Shown here: positions 27,900-37,992 of the stretch, in pieces
Layout of the letters: each line of letters opens with the position of its first letter
How positions within the stretch are numbered: the first letter of the stretch is position 1
Source of the DNA: Candidatus Gottesmanbacteria bacterium RIFCSPLOWO2_01_FULL_43_11b
Lineage (GTDB): Bacteria; Patescibacteriota; Microgenomatia; UBA10105; UBA927
DNA length: 64,000 nucleotides
NCBI GenBank assembly: GCA_001780985.1
Contig: MFJV01000001.1
Location: 428,049 to 492,048 of the forward strand
Direction: 5' to 3'
Translations under genes and position numbers: made by a program
The notes under the pieces: generated by a model
The model's database searches: none
Told to the model about the DNA's origin: nothing
The model's input: only the letters and a program-made list of their open reading frames with translations

Positions 27900-29087
27900 A
27901 TGATGAAATCTCCCAATAAAGAATCTATAAGCTTTGTTCAGTTTAGTGACAAGCTTCTTACTCCTGATTCCATAATGAGAGATTACTATCGAAAAACCTA
28001 CTCAAAAATGGATGGATACTACTTTCCCGAACACTACATGGAGATCCCGTTCTGGATTCCTACTATTGCAGGAGTACTTCCGTCAGATAGATATGAAAAA
28101 TCTCTTCACATCATAGAAGATCTGGATGCTTCAGTGAGTTTATTAACTCAAACACCACAGTCAGAACGAATTCTCTTTTCTGTGATGGATGCAAATGTGC
28201 AACAGGTTCACCATCTCGCCCAAAGTGTCGATCGCAACATGATATTAGGAGGGTATACAGATCCAGCTGACTTTTCAGGTTACCGTCATGTGCGATATTT
28301 GAATGGTCTGGGTAAATTGACAGAGGTTCTTGAAGTACAACTTGATTCTCCTCCCGACTATACTTTATTCAGAGGAGAAAAATGTATTCCGAGGCTCATG
28401 CTCAGCGACGGATGTTTATTTGTGTGTTCTTTTTGTACCGTCCCAACGACATTAACTATTGCAAGTCCCGGGAAAATAAAAGAACAGGTAGAGGCACTCA
28501 AGCCGCTTGATTTTAAGCTTATTTTTATCAATGATAAATCCTTTGGGCAAGCTAAAAATTGGCATGCTATCAGAGAAGTCTCCGAACAAGTACAGCAATA
28601 CAATCAAGATTTTTTAGGATTTATTGTTCAAACACCTCCAAGTTTGGCTTTAAAAGACGGCTTGATGGAAGAAGCTGTTGGTTTGGGAGTAAAATATATG
28701 GAATTCGGTGTAGAAACGGTGAACGATCAGCATCTTGCGTTATTGAATAAGCCATATAGAGTAAAACATTTAGAGGAAGTATGCGAACGGGCAAGAAGAT
28801 TGGGATTAAAAATAATCCCTAATTTTATCCTTGGCATACCGGGAGATGATTATAAAGCGACCATCGAATGGGTGATCCGGAATAGAGATATAATTCCGGT
28901 AGTAAATATTAATTTTCTGGCAATTCATTACGGTAATGAGCGCGGTAAACTTCCATGGGAAGCGCAGACAGTGGGAGATCGAGACCAAAATGTCGCGGAA
29001 AAATCCTGGCTTTCCCAGGATGACCTTGCGCGCATGAAAGAGGCCATGGAAACAATTTATGAAATCACTGTAGGGAGCAATTCATGA
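27900..29087 (+). CDS. Radical SAM protein (B12-binding/MiaB-like superfamily)
   Basis: GCLFVCSFC (CxxxCxxC), FGVET, LNKP, FILGIPGD. Confidence 0.88.
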   Translation: MMKSPNKESISFVQFSDKLLTPDSIMRDYYRKTYSKMDGYYFPEHYMEIPFWIPTIAGVLPSDRYEKSLHIIEDLDASVSLLTQTPQSERILFSVMDANVQQVHHLAQSVDRNMILGGYTDPADFSGYRHVRYLNGLGKLTEVLEVQLDSPPDYTLFRGEKCIPRLMLSDGCLFVCSFCTVPTTLTIASPGKIKEQVEALKPLDFKLIFINDKSFGQAKNWHAIREVSEQVQQYNQDFLGFIVQTPPSLALKDGLMEEAVGLGVKYMEFGVETVNDQHLALLNKPYRVKHLEEVCERARRLGLKIIPNFILGIPGDDYKATIEWVIRNRDIIPVVNINFLAIHYGNERGKLPWEAQTVGDRDQNVAEKSWLSQDDLARMKEAMETIYEITVGSNS

Positions 29088-29749
29088 ATATATTTGATTT
29101 CGGATTCGTTATACCTCTGCTTGCAGAAGCAAAACCCCTGTTACAACAGATAACACATCGCAAGCGGCACAAGAGTGCCTCATGGGAGATGTATACTGGA
29201 ATTCTTTTTGACAAAAAAATAAGTCTCATTATTTCCGGATCCGGAAAAATTAAATCCGCCGCAGCAACACAATTTCTTATTGATGCATTTCCTGCAAAAC
29301 AATATATCCATTATGGGACTGCAGGAGCTATCTCTAGTAAACTCAATATAGGTGACATTGTCGTCGCAACACGAGTCATAGAGCACGATGTCATAGAATT
29401 ATTTCCTCACAAGATCCCTCCACCGCACCATAAAATTACACCTCCAAATTTAAAAAATATTATGCTAAATAATGACTTTTCTCTCGTCTGGGGAACAATA
29501 TTATCAGGCAATGAAGACGTTATAAGCACAAAAAGAAAACATCAATTGCATCGGTTGCATAAAGGGCTTTCTGTTGACTGGGAATCTGCAGGATTCGCCT
29601 TAACGTGTGAGCTAAATGGTGTAGTGGGGTATATTTTTCGAGGTATTAGCGATAATGCCTATGAACATACTGCCTCTGAATATGGAAAAAACCAGAATCT
29701 AGTAGTTACTAATATTATGCACCTACTGAAGGGCTTTTTTACTGTCTAA
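29084..29749 (+). CDS. 5'-methylthioadenosine/SAH nucleosidase family protein
   Basis: SGSGKIKSA, GTAGA, GDIVV, VDWESAG, RGISD. Confidence 0.88.
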   Translation: MNIFDFGFVIPLLAEAKPLLQQITHRKRHKSASWEMYTGILFDKKISLIISGSGKIKSAAATQFLIDAFPAKQYIHYGTAGAISSKLNIGDIVVATRVIEHDVIELFPHKIPPPHHKITPPNLKNIMLNNDFSLVWGTILSGNEDVISTKRKHQLHRLHKGLSVDWESAGFALTCELNGVVGYIFRGISDNAYEHTASEYGKNQNLVVTNIMHLLKGFFTV

Positions 29750-29853
29750 ACTCTTCTACCCTTTTATAGGCGATTGATAATGTCGCTGTTGCTTTTTCAC
29801 CCACAAGCTTAGTTAAACCGGTAGTTTCATCTCTTGCAATTACAGGATAAAAA

Positions 29854-31026
29854 CTACTTCCCCACAAAAAGAATGACGTTGGGAAGATTCCTGCCTGGGC
29901 CGACTTTGTAGCCCCCGGACCAAAGTGCTGTCGATCCCCCATCATCAAGATTCAAAGCATTTTCCATTCCGAGAGCTTGGAGGACGCGGGCAGATTCTGC
30001 AACAGTTGCGCTATGCACCACGCCGATATACGCTGTTGCTCCGCGGTTTGCAACAAAACTCCTATTTCCTTTACTCCCTTTTTTGGGGTCATCGTCACCA
30101 CCAAAGACAACATTTCCTCCTGAAACGAGAAGTGGTTGATTGGCAATTACTCCGTCAGGACTTGTATCTCTCCCCCAATCAAGTGATTTTCCTACAAACC
30201 GCATTGAGCCGGAAAGGAAGATAACCGCAGGCACCGTGCTATAGACGTTATTATCTGAATTAAAATAGACTTTGTTTTTATTCATAAGAAGTGTATCAAA
30301 GGAATTTTTCCGATCAGCACAACTTGGATAATCTGCTGGACAAAAGTAGGAACCGTTAACTCCTGCAAACGCACCGTTTCGAGAAACATAATCAGCAAGT
30401 GAAAGTACAGGACAATCGTTTGTACACGTATTATCTGATGCTGTATCGACAATAACCCGCGTGCTACCCATATCAGCAGCAACCATGCTCACCAAATATG
30501 TTCCAATATCCAAACTTACGCTCTGCCTGCTATAGCCAGATCCGGGAGGAGTATTGCTTTGAGGAACATTAACCGGAATTGTGAAGCTCGAAGCGACTTT
30601 TGTTAACTCATCGGTAATCGATTGCCTGAGTGAACTAAGATCGGCCGATGCTGAGGCATAATTCCGTTTGGACAAAAATGACAGAATCGTGGCAAAAAGG
30701 CTATCTTGTTTACCCGTATCTTTTGTTTGCTCCCGCAGTTTTACCAGTTCTTCGTATGCAGTAGCTGCGTTTGAAAATGTCGACTGTATATTTTTTATTT
30801 CTTCTTCAAGCGTATTATTTCGCACTATCTGATCTTCGCTTTGAAGCTTCGTCAGTTGCCTTACTGCTTCAGATTTTTCAATTTCCACCCGATTGATTTC
30901 TCCCCGAAGAAATACAATTGCAATTGTTGCAAGAATCGCTATAACCGTCGTACCGATAAGTTCAATAACCAGATGTTTGCGGGGAGGAATAAAATTAGCA
31001 AGTTGCGGCGGCAGCGAAAATTTCAT
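29854..31026 (-). CDS. Phosphodiester glycosidase (NAGPA-like) family protein
   Basis: TM, coiled coil, AGVNGSYF, ALNLDDGGST. Confidence 0.85.
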   Translation of the reverse strand: MKFSLPPQLANFIPPRKHLVIELIGTTVIAILATIAIVFLRGEINRVEIEKSEAVRQLTKLQSEDQIVRNNTLEEEIKNIQSTFSNAATAYEELVKLREQTKDTGKQDSLFATILSFLSKRNYASASADLSSLRQSITDELTKVASSFTIPVNVPQSNTPPGSGYSRQSVSLDIGTYLVSMVAADMGSTRVIVDTASDNTCTNDCPVLSLADYVSRNGAFAGVNGSYFCPADYPSCADRKNSFDTLLMNKNKVYFNSDNNVYSTVPAVIFLSGSMRFVGKSLDWGRDTSPDGVIANQPLLVSGGNVVFGGDDDPKKGSKGNRSFVANRGATAYIGVVHSATVAESARVLQALGMENALNLDDGGSTALWSGGYKVGPGRNLPNVILFVGK

Positions 31027-31589
31027 GCTCTTTCCAAATACTCTCCTGTTTCGGGGTCAATTGCAACTGTGTCGCCGGATTTGATAAAGAGAGGAACAGA
31101 AATCTTAAGACCTGTTTCAACCGTAACAAGTTTCGTCCCTCCACCTGAAACAGTATTGCCTCGTGCGCCTTCTTCTGCCTCGGTTACTTTGAGGTACACT
31201 TTTTTGGGAAATCGAATGCCGATCGCATCATCACCGTGAATAAGGACTTGGTATACGTCGTTTGGTTTGAGGAATGAGATAAAATCGCCGAGCATGGGCT
31301 TGGGGATTTGATACTGCTCATAACTTCGATTATCCATAAAAACATATGATTCCCCCTCTTTGTAGAGGTATTGCATCTCATGTGTCTCAACCATCACTTC
31401 TACAGCCGATTCTCCTGATTTAAACGTAAAATCCTGTACTCGTCCGCTTTTGACACTTTTAAGTTTCGTACGGATAAACGCTCCGCCTTTGCCGGGATTG
31501 ACAAACTGCATGTCCACAATTTGGTGCGGTTCATCTTTAAACTCAATAAAAATACCTTTTCTGAACTGTGCGGTGGTAATAGTGGCCAT
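31023..31589 (-). CDS. efp: Elongation factor P
   Basis: NPGKGGAF, TG..I.VPLFI..GD...ID..TGEY.ER. Confidence 0.97.
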   Translation of the reverse strand: MATITTAQFRKGIFIEFKDEPHQIVDMQFVNPGKGGAFIRTKLKSVKSGRVQDFTFKSGESAVEVMVETHEMQYLYKEGESYVFMDNRSYEQYQIPKPMLGDFISFLKPNDVYQVLIHGDDAIGIRFPKKVYLKVTEAEEGARGNTVSGGGTKLVTVETGLKISVPLFIKSGDTVAIDPETGEYLERA

Positions 31590-31630
31590 AAATGAGGCAT
31601 TATTATCTCATGAATGGGCCAACCGTTCAA

Positions 31631-32695
31631 TTATTTCTCAAACAGATCAGCGGCTGGAAAAAAGAGCGTGTCGGCGATGTTACTAACATCGGCAAACAGC
31701 ATGATCAAGCGATCGACGCCGACCGCAATCCCACCAGTTTCAGGCATACCAACTTTTAACGCATCGATAAAGTCCGTATCGATCGGGTGAGAAATTTTCC
31801 CAAGCTGTATTCGCTCCCGCTCTTCGCTTTCAAACCGTTCTTTTTGCTCTTTCCAGTCAGTCAGTTCACTATATGCATCACCTAACTCCAGCCCTTCGAT
31901 GTAAAATTCAAATCGTTCTGCAAGCCGGGGATCACTCTTTTTCTTTTTTGATAAAGCTGCAAGTATTACGGGGTAATCATAGACAATCGTGGGCTTCCCC
32001 CGACCCAAATGAGGCTCAACTTCATTTAAGAAAATCTGTAAAAACACTTCTTCCCAGTTATCGTTTTTTCCAATGGCATATCCTTTTTCCTTCGCAATCG
32101 GAAGCAGCTTTTCTTCGGTTAACGCAAACTCCAAATTTAGCTTCGCGTATTTCTTAAACGCTTGTGTAATCGTCATCCGTTCCCATGGGGAAGAAAGACT
32201 CACTTTCTTCCCCTGATACATTAGTGTTTTTGTATCAATAACTCCTTTTGCTGCCTTGGAACGAAGTAAGTACGTGTTAATAAACAAAAGGAGTTCTTCG
32301 CAGTCTTTCATAATGTCTGTATAGGTTGCTCCAACCCTGTACCACTCAAGAATCGTAAATTCAGGATTATGTGTTTTACTCTGACTCTCTGTATTTCTGA
32401 AGCTTTTGGTTATTGAAAAGCAGTTGCCGATACCTGCAACGAGGAGTTTTTTTAAGAAAGGTTCCGGAGAAGTCGGAAGAAACGCACGTGTAGGTTTTCT
32501 ATGGCGGTCTAAAAGTGTGGTTTCAAAAACGTCAACGTAAGATTCCGGCGGCAGGCTTCCTGTTAAAAGCGGTGTTTCCACTTCATGGAACCCTTGGTTT
32601 CCAAAAAACGTGCGGATTGCGGTAATGACTTTTTCGCGGATAAAATAACGATCCCAGAGATCTGGATTCTTGCGAAGCTTCTGCCAGGTCTTCAC
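31631..32695 (-). CDS. epmA: EF-P lysine aminoacylase EpmA/GenX
   Basis: Class II LysRS catalytic domain only: TSPE..LKKLL, HNPEFTILEWY, GIAVGVDRL; adjacent to efp. Confidence 0.9.
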   Translation of the reverse strand: MKTWQKLRKNPDLWDRYFIREKVITAIRTFFGNQGFHEVETPLLTGSLPPESYVDVFETTLLDRHRKPTRAFLPTSPEPFLKKLLVAGIGNCFSITKSFRNTESQSKTHNPEFTILEWYRVGATYTDIMKDCEELLLFINTYLLRSKAAKGVIDTKTLMYQGKKVSLSSPWERMTITQAFKKYAKLNLEFALTEEKLLPIAKEKGYAIGKNDNWEEVFLQIFLNEVEPHLGRGKPTIVYDYPVILAALSKKKKSDPRLAERFEFYIEGLELGDAYSELTDWKEQKERFESEERERIQLGKISHPIDTDFIDALKVGMPETGGIAVGVDRLIMLFADVSNIADTLFFPAADLFEK

Positions 32696-32701
32696 GATGA
32701 G

Positions 32702-33283
32702 TTAGAGGAATTTAAACACTTTTGCTTTCTCTTTTATTTCCAAAAACCACGGTTGGAGCTTTTCACTTATCTTCTGACTCATGATTGTGTTTCTCGCTTC
32801 TTCACGGAGCTTTGCCGGTTCTGTTGCAGTGAGCGTCGCGCTATTTGTTGCAATAAAATTATCAATATCTGCTTCTGTAATTTGAATATCGCGGCCTAAA
32901 AGTTTTTCAACGGTAAGTTGCAAGCGAATCTGGTTTTCAAAATCAGTCTTCGTCATTCCCTGGAATTGAAGGAGTTCTTCGAGCTTGACATCCTCACCAA
33001 GTCCTTTCACTACCTCATCAATTTTACTATCTACTTCAGTTTTTCCCACTTCCACACCCTCACTTCTTGCTGCGTCGGCAATAATACGCTCAGATATGAT
33101 CCCCTCGAGTGTCTGCTCTCCAAAGCGGGACATAAGGGTATTGTTGAGTTCCCAACGGAAAACCGGCTTTCCGTTAACTATAGCTGCAACCAACAATCCT
33201 TTATTGGTAAGAAAAAGTGCAATCAGGGCAACTAGGAGTACGATAAAAATCCATCGCGCGGTTATTTTTTTATTTTGGGGCAT
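32702..33283 (-). CDS. SurA N-terminal domain / PrsA-like chaperone
   Basis: TM, AAIVNG, helical SurA_N pattern, no PPIase domain. Confidence 0.75.
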   Translation of the reverse strand: MPQNKKITARWIFIVLLVALIALFLTNKGLLVAAIVNGKPVFRWELNNTLMSRFGEQTLEGIISERIIADAARSEGVEVGKTEVDSKIDEVVKGLGEDVKLEELLQFQGMTKTDFENQIRLQLTVEKLLGRDIQITEADIDNFIATNSATLTATEPAKLREEARNTIMSQKISEKLQPWFLEIKEKAKVFKFL

Positions 33284-33310
33284 GAAGGCAGAATACCATG
33301 AGAGTAGTAT

Positions 33311-33988
33311 CTATGCAATAGCCCTTGAGGAAGGGCAGAGTTTATTGAGTATACACGCGCTGCATTTTGGATTTTGTGCTTTACAAATAGCCCTACCGTG
33401 GTCGATTAAGAGATACGTCGTTTTGAACCAGTCTGATTTTGGAATTGCCCCCATAAGTTCTCTCTCAATTTTCACCGGATCAGCGTCTTTCTTAAAATCG
33501 ATGAGCATATTTTTCCCACCGATTTTATCCAAATCCACAAGCCTAAGACGTTGAGAAACACGGGCAACGTGAGTATCAACAGCAATCCCTTCAACCACCT
33601 CAAACGCATTGCCGAGAATAACATTGGCAGTTTTTCTTGCAACTCCGGGAAGGGTCAACAGTTCTTCCATTGTCCCCGGAACTTTCCCGCCGTATTTATC
33701 TTTTACAAGGCGAGCCGTGGCAAGAATATTTTTCGCTTTATTGCGAAAGAAACCGGTAGACTTAATATCTTTTTCAAATTCACTTCTGTCTGCCTTCACG
33801 TAATCATCGAAAGTTTTATACTTCGCAAAGAGCTTCTCTGTGACCTTATTGACCAATACGTCTGTACACTGAGCTGACAAAACAACTGATACGAGAAGCT
33901 CCCACGGTGTTTTGTATTTGAGAATTATTTTAGCGTTAGGGTAGGTTTTTTTAAGAAGCTCAATTATCCCTCTTGTATTGGTTGTCAT
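33311..33988 (-). CDS. nth: Endonuclease III
   Basis: LSAQCTD, HhH LPGVARKTA, VDTHV, C-x6-C-x2-C-x5-C. Confidence 0.96.
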   Translation of the reverse strand: MTTNTRGIIELLKKTYPNAKIILKYKTPWELLVSVVLSAQCTDVLVNKVTEKLFAKYKTFDDYVKADRSEFEKDIKSTGFFRNKAKNILATARLVKDKYGGKVPGTMEELLTLPGVARKTANVILGNAFEVVEGIAVDTHVARVSQRLRLVDLDKIGGKNMLIDFKKDADPVKIERELMGAIPKSDWFKTTYLLIDHGRAICKAQNPKCSACILNKLCPSSRAIA

Positions 33989-34024
33989 ATGTGTCTACAG
34001 TAACTATACTGCCACACTAATCGT

Positions 34025-34378
34025 ATGAGCAAGCTTAATTTTTTCCCGCATTTTAGCCGAATATTCTCCGCAGCCATCTTTTGGCTAGGCTTAATTCTCC
34101 TCATTTCCGTCAATCTAATCAATTCGCCGATAATCCCCACAAATGTCTTGGGAGCAGTTGCGGAACTTGAGGAGGAGAAAGAAAATACAGAGGTTAAGTA
34201 TGCTTTTTGGCAAAATGTCGTGAAGAATAAACCTGACTATCGCGATGCATACATTCAGCTCGCGGCTCTTTCCTATCAACTGTCAAAATTAGAAGAAGGG
34301 AAAAATTATCTTACCGAAGTAGAAACACTCGATCCAAATAATCCTTTTATTTCTTCTCTTCTTGAGGTTTTTCCGTAG
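34025..34378 (+). CDS. Small TPR-containing membrane protein
   Basis: TM then PDYRDAYIQLA...LDPN. Confidence 0.7.
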   Translation: MSKLNFFPHFSRIFSAAIFWLGLILLISVNLINSPIIPTNVLGAVAELEEEKENTEVKYAFWQNVVKNKPDYRDAYIQLAALSYQLSKLEEGKNYLTEVETLDPNNPFISSLLEVFP

Positions 34379-35090
34379 GTGGCTGCAATTCTTCTTTCTT
34401 TGCTTCTTCTGGTTTTGTTTCTGCACCTTCAGCCGGTGCTCCCTCAGCCGGAGCTGCCTCTGCTGCTGCTGCTGCAGCCGCCTCCTCGGCGGCTTTGGCT
34501 TCAGCTTCCGCTTCTTTCGTAACCAATGAGCCGACTTTAACAATACCAATAGCTGCATCTGTTAACACAGTCACCTCACCGGGAACCTTTAGGTCGCTCA
34601 CTTTGAATTCCTGGTCAACTGCAGATAGCCCCGAAACATCAACTGAGATTTTTTCAGGGAGATCTGTAGGAAGTGCTTCAACTTCAATTTCGTCAAGCAA
34701 GGTAAGGAGTACTCCCTGTTTTTGCGAAACTGCTGGTGATTCGCCGATAAATACGACGGGCACTTTCGCTTTAACCTTTTCTTTAAGATCTACTTGGAAA
34801 AATTCAACGTGGACAGGGGTATCTGAAACCGGATCGAGTTGCACGTTGTGGATAAGCACCTGCCTGCCGGCAGGCAGGCCGGTCGATTTCTTTTCAAAAA
34901 CGAGCTCCACGAGCCCGGTCTCCCCTGCTTCGTTATAAACCTTGAAAAATTCGTCTGCCACAACCTGCACTGAAGAGCTTTTTACTTTCTTCCCATAAAT
35001 AGTTGCAGGCAACAGTCCTTGTGTGCGTAGATTTTTTACTTTACGGCCAAGAGCGGTTCGCGGCTGAGCTTTAAGCGTATACTTTTTCAT
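34347..35090 (-). CDS. rplY: 50S ribosomal protein bL25 (Ctc form)
   Basis: G.LPATIYG, Q.DPV...HVEF, VPV.F.GES, acidic Ala-rich tail. Confidence 0.95.
   Translation of the reverse strand: MKKYTLKAQPRTALGRKVKNLRTQGLLPATIYGKKVKSSSVQVVADEFFKVYNEAGETGLVELVFEKKSTGLPAGRQVLIHNVQLDPVSDTPVHVEFFQVDLKEKVKAKVPVVFIGESPAVSQKQGVLLTLLDEIEVEALPTDLPEKISVDVSGLSAVDQEFKVSDLKVPGEVTVLTDAAIGIVKVGSLVTKEAEAEAKAAEEAAAAAAAEAAPAEGAPAEGAETKPEEAKKEELQPPTEKPQEEKK
34859..34878. repeat. Perfect 20-bp palindrome inside rplY
   Basis: CCTGCCTGCCGGCAGGCAGG. Confidence 0.9.
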
Positions 35091-37489
35091 CATTTTATAA
35101 ACGTAAACCGCAGGAGTGAATCCTGCGTCACCGTGGTATTGTACTCGAGATGCCCTCCTTTTGCAAGAAATTCTTGCTCCCCTTTAATTTCCCAAAATGG
35201 CGGATATTCGAGAGTAACCACCATAGAAACGTCACTTATTCCCGGTTGCTTCTGAAAAAACATTTCGTAATCTGCTTTGCCGTCTTGGAACTGAAGGTTT
35301 AATCCGGGCTTATACGAAATAGCTAACTGTCCGGTGGATCCGGGCATAATATCAACCGCAACTCCAACCACACCTGATGCCTGATCAAACTCCACAGGTA
35401 CCCCGTTAAAAAGAACGTCTTCTATTTCACTCTTATCTGGGACCATGTTTCGGATGTAGAGTCGATATATGCCACCGCTGTCTTCTGGTTTACCGGAAGA
35501 TTTATTTTCAAAACTCACGGTCACTTTCTCTGAAACTACTCCATTTGAAGCAATGGAAACCCCTCGAGAAATCTGGCGCGTGACAAAGTAGTTAGCTTTG
35601 TTAACACCAAGATTTGCCTCAACCGTCATCAACGGATCGAACGTACACCCGCCTGAGACTCCCTCACATCCTAGCCTTGCAAATACTTCCCCCGACCACC
35701 CAAGCCCAGTAACTACACTCTCAAGTTCCGGATCTGGGAAGTATACTAAAAGATCCCGTCGAGTCAGTCCGTTCGTCATTGCCCGAAACACCCCGGCAGG
35801 ATTAATGTTACGTGAAACAGTGAGTTCATTAATGAGTGTACGGGTCAAACTTCCCAAAAAATCTTTTTTCTGAGTTGATCCGGGAAAGAAATCGGATTGG
35901 GTGTAAAAAAGCGTCTTCCCATAGAAATTCTGGGCTGTAATTCTGTCATTATAATCGACCAACGTCAGCGGTCCCAAAGCAGAAAGGAGGTCAACGATAA
36001 ATGGCGTACTTATTGCTACCACTCCATCAACGGTAACACCGGTTTCCTTTTCGTAAAACCATAAAGCTTGACTACCAGTGTTTCGAAAGTCCGGGTCCCA
36101 GTTGCTGTCACGGAGATACCAGTGAATTTCACCAAGGATATCTCGTATTGGGTCGGGCGGATCGATGTGCCCCTTGAGTTGTCCGTCGAGTTCATATACA
36201 TCGCGAACCTCAATATTTGTTATCCTCCCATCCTCGGTTGTCAGAAGAGCAACACTCCCAATGAAACCGCCGGTAGGACGAATCTCTAAGCTGTTTTGGA
36301 GAAGTACTAAAAAGTGTTGTTGCTGTCGGAATCCGGCAACCGATGGGTAAAGCAGGAGAAGAGCATCGAGTGAAGAAATGGTTTGGCGGTAGTGGGAAAG
36401 CTCACCCGCTCCTCTATTTCCGATTTTTTTAAGAGCTGAGGTTACAAACGGGAATGACGATTCAGAAAGAAGTGCGTTGAGTTGTGACTCTGCAAGGCCG
36501 AGTCCGCTATGAACTGAAAAGAGTTCTGTTCGTAATTTTTCTACTTCATGCGCTGGTGAACCTGCTTTATTTGTATCGGAAGCAAGAGAAAAAAGGGTCG
36601 TTGCTAAAAATCTTCCTCTGGTAAATACGTCATTTGCACCCCCAATGGTGAGGGCCATGCTGTCAATCAATGAAAGAAACCGCTCTTGCCCATAGACGAT
36701 ATCCTCATTTATTAATGAAACCGGGACTTTCACAATGTCGAGTATTCCGGCACTTTGACGGATCCAGAATCTGCTCATTGGTGTAAGTTGAGATATAAAA
36801 GTCACTTTGCCAGACCGAAGCCAAAGCCCGCTTACAACAACAGTAAGGGTTGCAAACGAAAGTGCTATCCAATACCACAAAAATGGAAGGAGAATAAGAA
36901 GTGGGATGACTATCTTCCAATGGATAGTACGTTTTACTTTTTTTCGAGAATGCTTACTGTTTCCGTCTTTGGTAAAGATTGATTGCACTATACGATTTAT
37001 TCTCTCCGTATCGCTTTCATCACCAATCTCCATAACGTGAGCCGCTTGCTCACTGGTTGAAGGTACGTACGCTTCTCGGTGATTTTTGGGATTTTTTCTC
37101 AAATCAAGTAGTTTTTTACGGGAAGTGAAGAAAAATCCAAGCATGTCGGATACTAATTCTCTTGTTAGTACGGGTTCATCCATAATGACTACTTTTGCCT
37201 TACGCTCAAATTTGTCGACATTTTCATCATCTCCGTCCGATAAGATTGCCAGGCGCTTTCCCACATCATCGCCGGATGAAGAAAGAATTTGTTGCACGAA
37301 GGATGAATGACCGCAGATGATATGGTACTGAGGGAGAATTTTAGAATGTTGATTGACGACAACGTGATACCCAAATGAGAGAAAAAAATCCCGCAACGGT
37401 TCTATGAAGCTTTTCTCCTGAGCGTCAATACGGACAATTTGCTCGTTCTCCGATTGATCGCCCTCAGTGTGTGATTTGGCAGGTGTCAT
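35090..37489 (-). CDS. DUF4012-like membrane protein
   Basis: LLQNSLEIRPTGGFIGS, RDSNWDPDF, VDGV, NKAN motifs. Confidence 0.8.
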   Translation of the reverse strand: MTPAKSHTEGDQSENEQIVRIDAQEKSFIEPLRDFFLSFGYHVVVNQHSKILPQYHIICGHSSFVQQILSSSGDDVGKRLAILSDGDDENVDKFERKAKVVIMDEPVLTRELVSDMLGFFFTSRKKLLDLRKNPKNHREAYVPSTSEQAAHVMEIGDESDTERINRIVQSIFTKDGNSKHSRKKVKRTIHWKIVIPLLILLPFLWYWIALSFATLTVVVSGLWLRSGKVTFISQLTPMSRFWIRQSAGILDIVKVPVSLINEDIVYGQERFLSLIDSMALTIGGANDVFTRGRFLATTLFSLASDTNKAGSPAHEVEKLRTELFSVHSGLGLAESQLNALLSESSFPFVTSALKKIGNRGAGELSHYRQTISSLDALLLLYPSVAGFRQQQHFLVLLQNSLEIRPTGGFIGSVALLTTEDGRITNIEVRDVYELDGQLKGHIDPPDPIRDILGEIHWYLRDSNWDPDFRNTGSQALWFYEKETGVTVDGVVAISTPFIVDLLSALGPLTLVDYNDRITAQNFYGKTLFYTQSDFFPGSTQKKDFLGSLTRTLINELTVSRNINPAGVFRAMTNGLTRRDLLVYFPDPELESVVTGLGWSGEVFARLGCEGVSGGCTFDPLMTVEANLGVNKANYFVTRQISRGVSIASNGVVSEKVTVSFENKSSGKPEDSGGIYRLYIRNMVPDKSEIEDVLFNGVPVEFDQASGVVGVAVDIMPGSTGQLAISYKPGLNLQFQDGKADYEMFFQKQPGISDVSMVVTLEYPPFWEIKGEQEFLAKGGHLEYNTTVTQDSLLRFTFIK

Positions 37490-37578
37490 AGATGTTCGTA
37501 AAATTTATGCCCGTATTATGACAAAGAGACCGACCGAAAACAACAGAAATTTTCATAGTGCACTCTTACGATACTTTC

Positions 37579-37992
37579 TCACTGTAACATGAGAGCATCG
37601 AGGGTTTGATTAACGAGGTGATCAGCACGGGTATTTTGTTCTCGGGGAATGTGATGGTAGAAAATCTTTCCGCCAACTTCAACCTCAAGTATTCGAATTT
37701 TTGTAAGCAACTCCCGCAGCGTCGGTTCTTTCACTTTAAATTTGCCATTAAGCTGATTAACAACCAAAGTGGAATCAATGAAAAATTGTATTTCGTTATT
37801 TTTCTTATCTGAATTTTTCAAATATCGCAACGCTTCCAACACCGCAGTATATTCTGCCACATTATTCGTCGCCTCCCCTATCTTTTTACCAAATTCCGCG
37901 GTTTTTTTTCCGTCTGCATCAATGACAATACCAATGGCAGCAGGACCTGGATTACCCCTCGCTCCCCCATCGGTATGAATAGTAATGTTCAT
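37579..37992 (-). CDS. rnhA: Ribonuclease HI
   Basis: TDGGARGNPGPA, TNNVAEY, DS.LVV.Q, PREQNTRAD. Confidence 0.93.
   Translation of the reverse strand: MNITIHTDGGARGNPGPAAIGIVIDADGKKTAEFGKKIGEATNNVAEYTAVLEALRYLKNSDKKNNEIQFFIDSTLVVNQLNGKFKVKEPTLRELLTKIRILEVEVGGKIFYHHIPREQNTRADHLVNQTLDALMLQ

Noticed and set aside
34400-34520. GCT/GCA-rich tract in rplY
   Set aside because: Ordinary low-complexity Ala/Glu tail of Ctc-type bL25.
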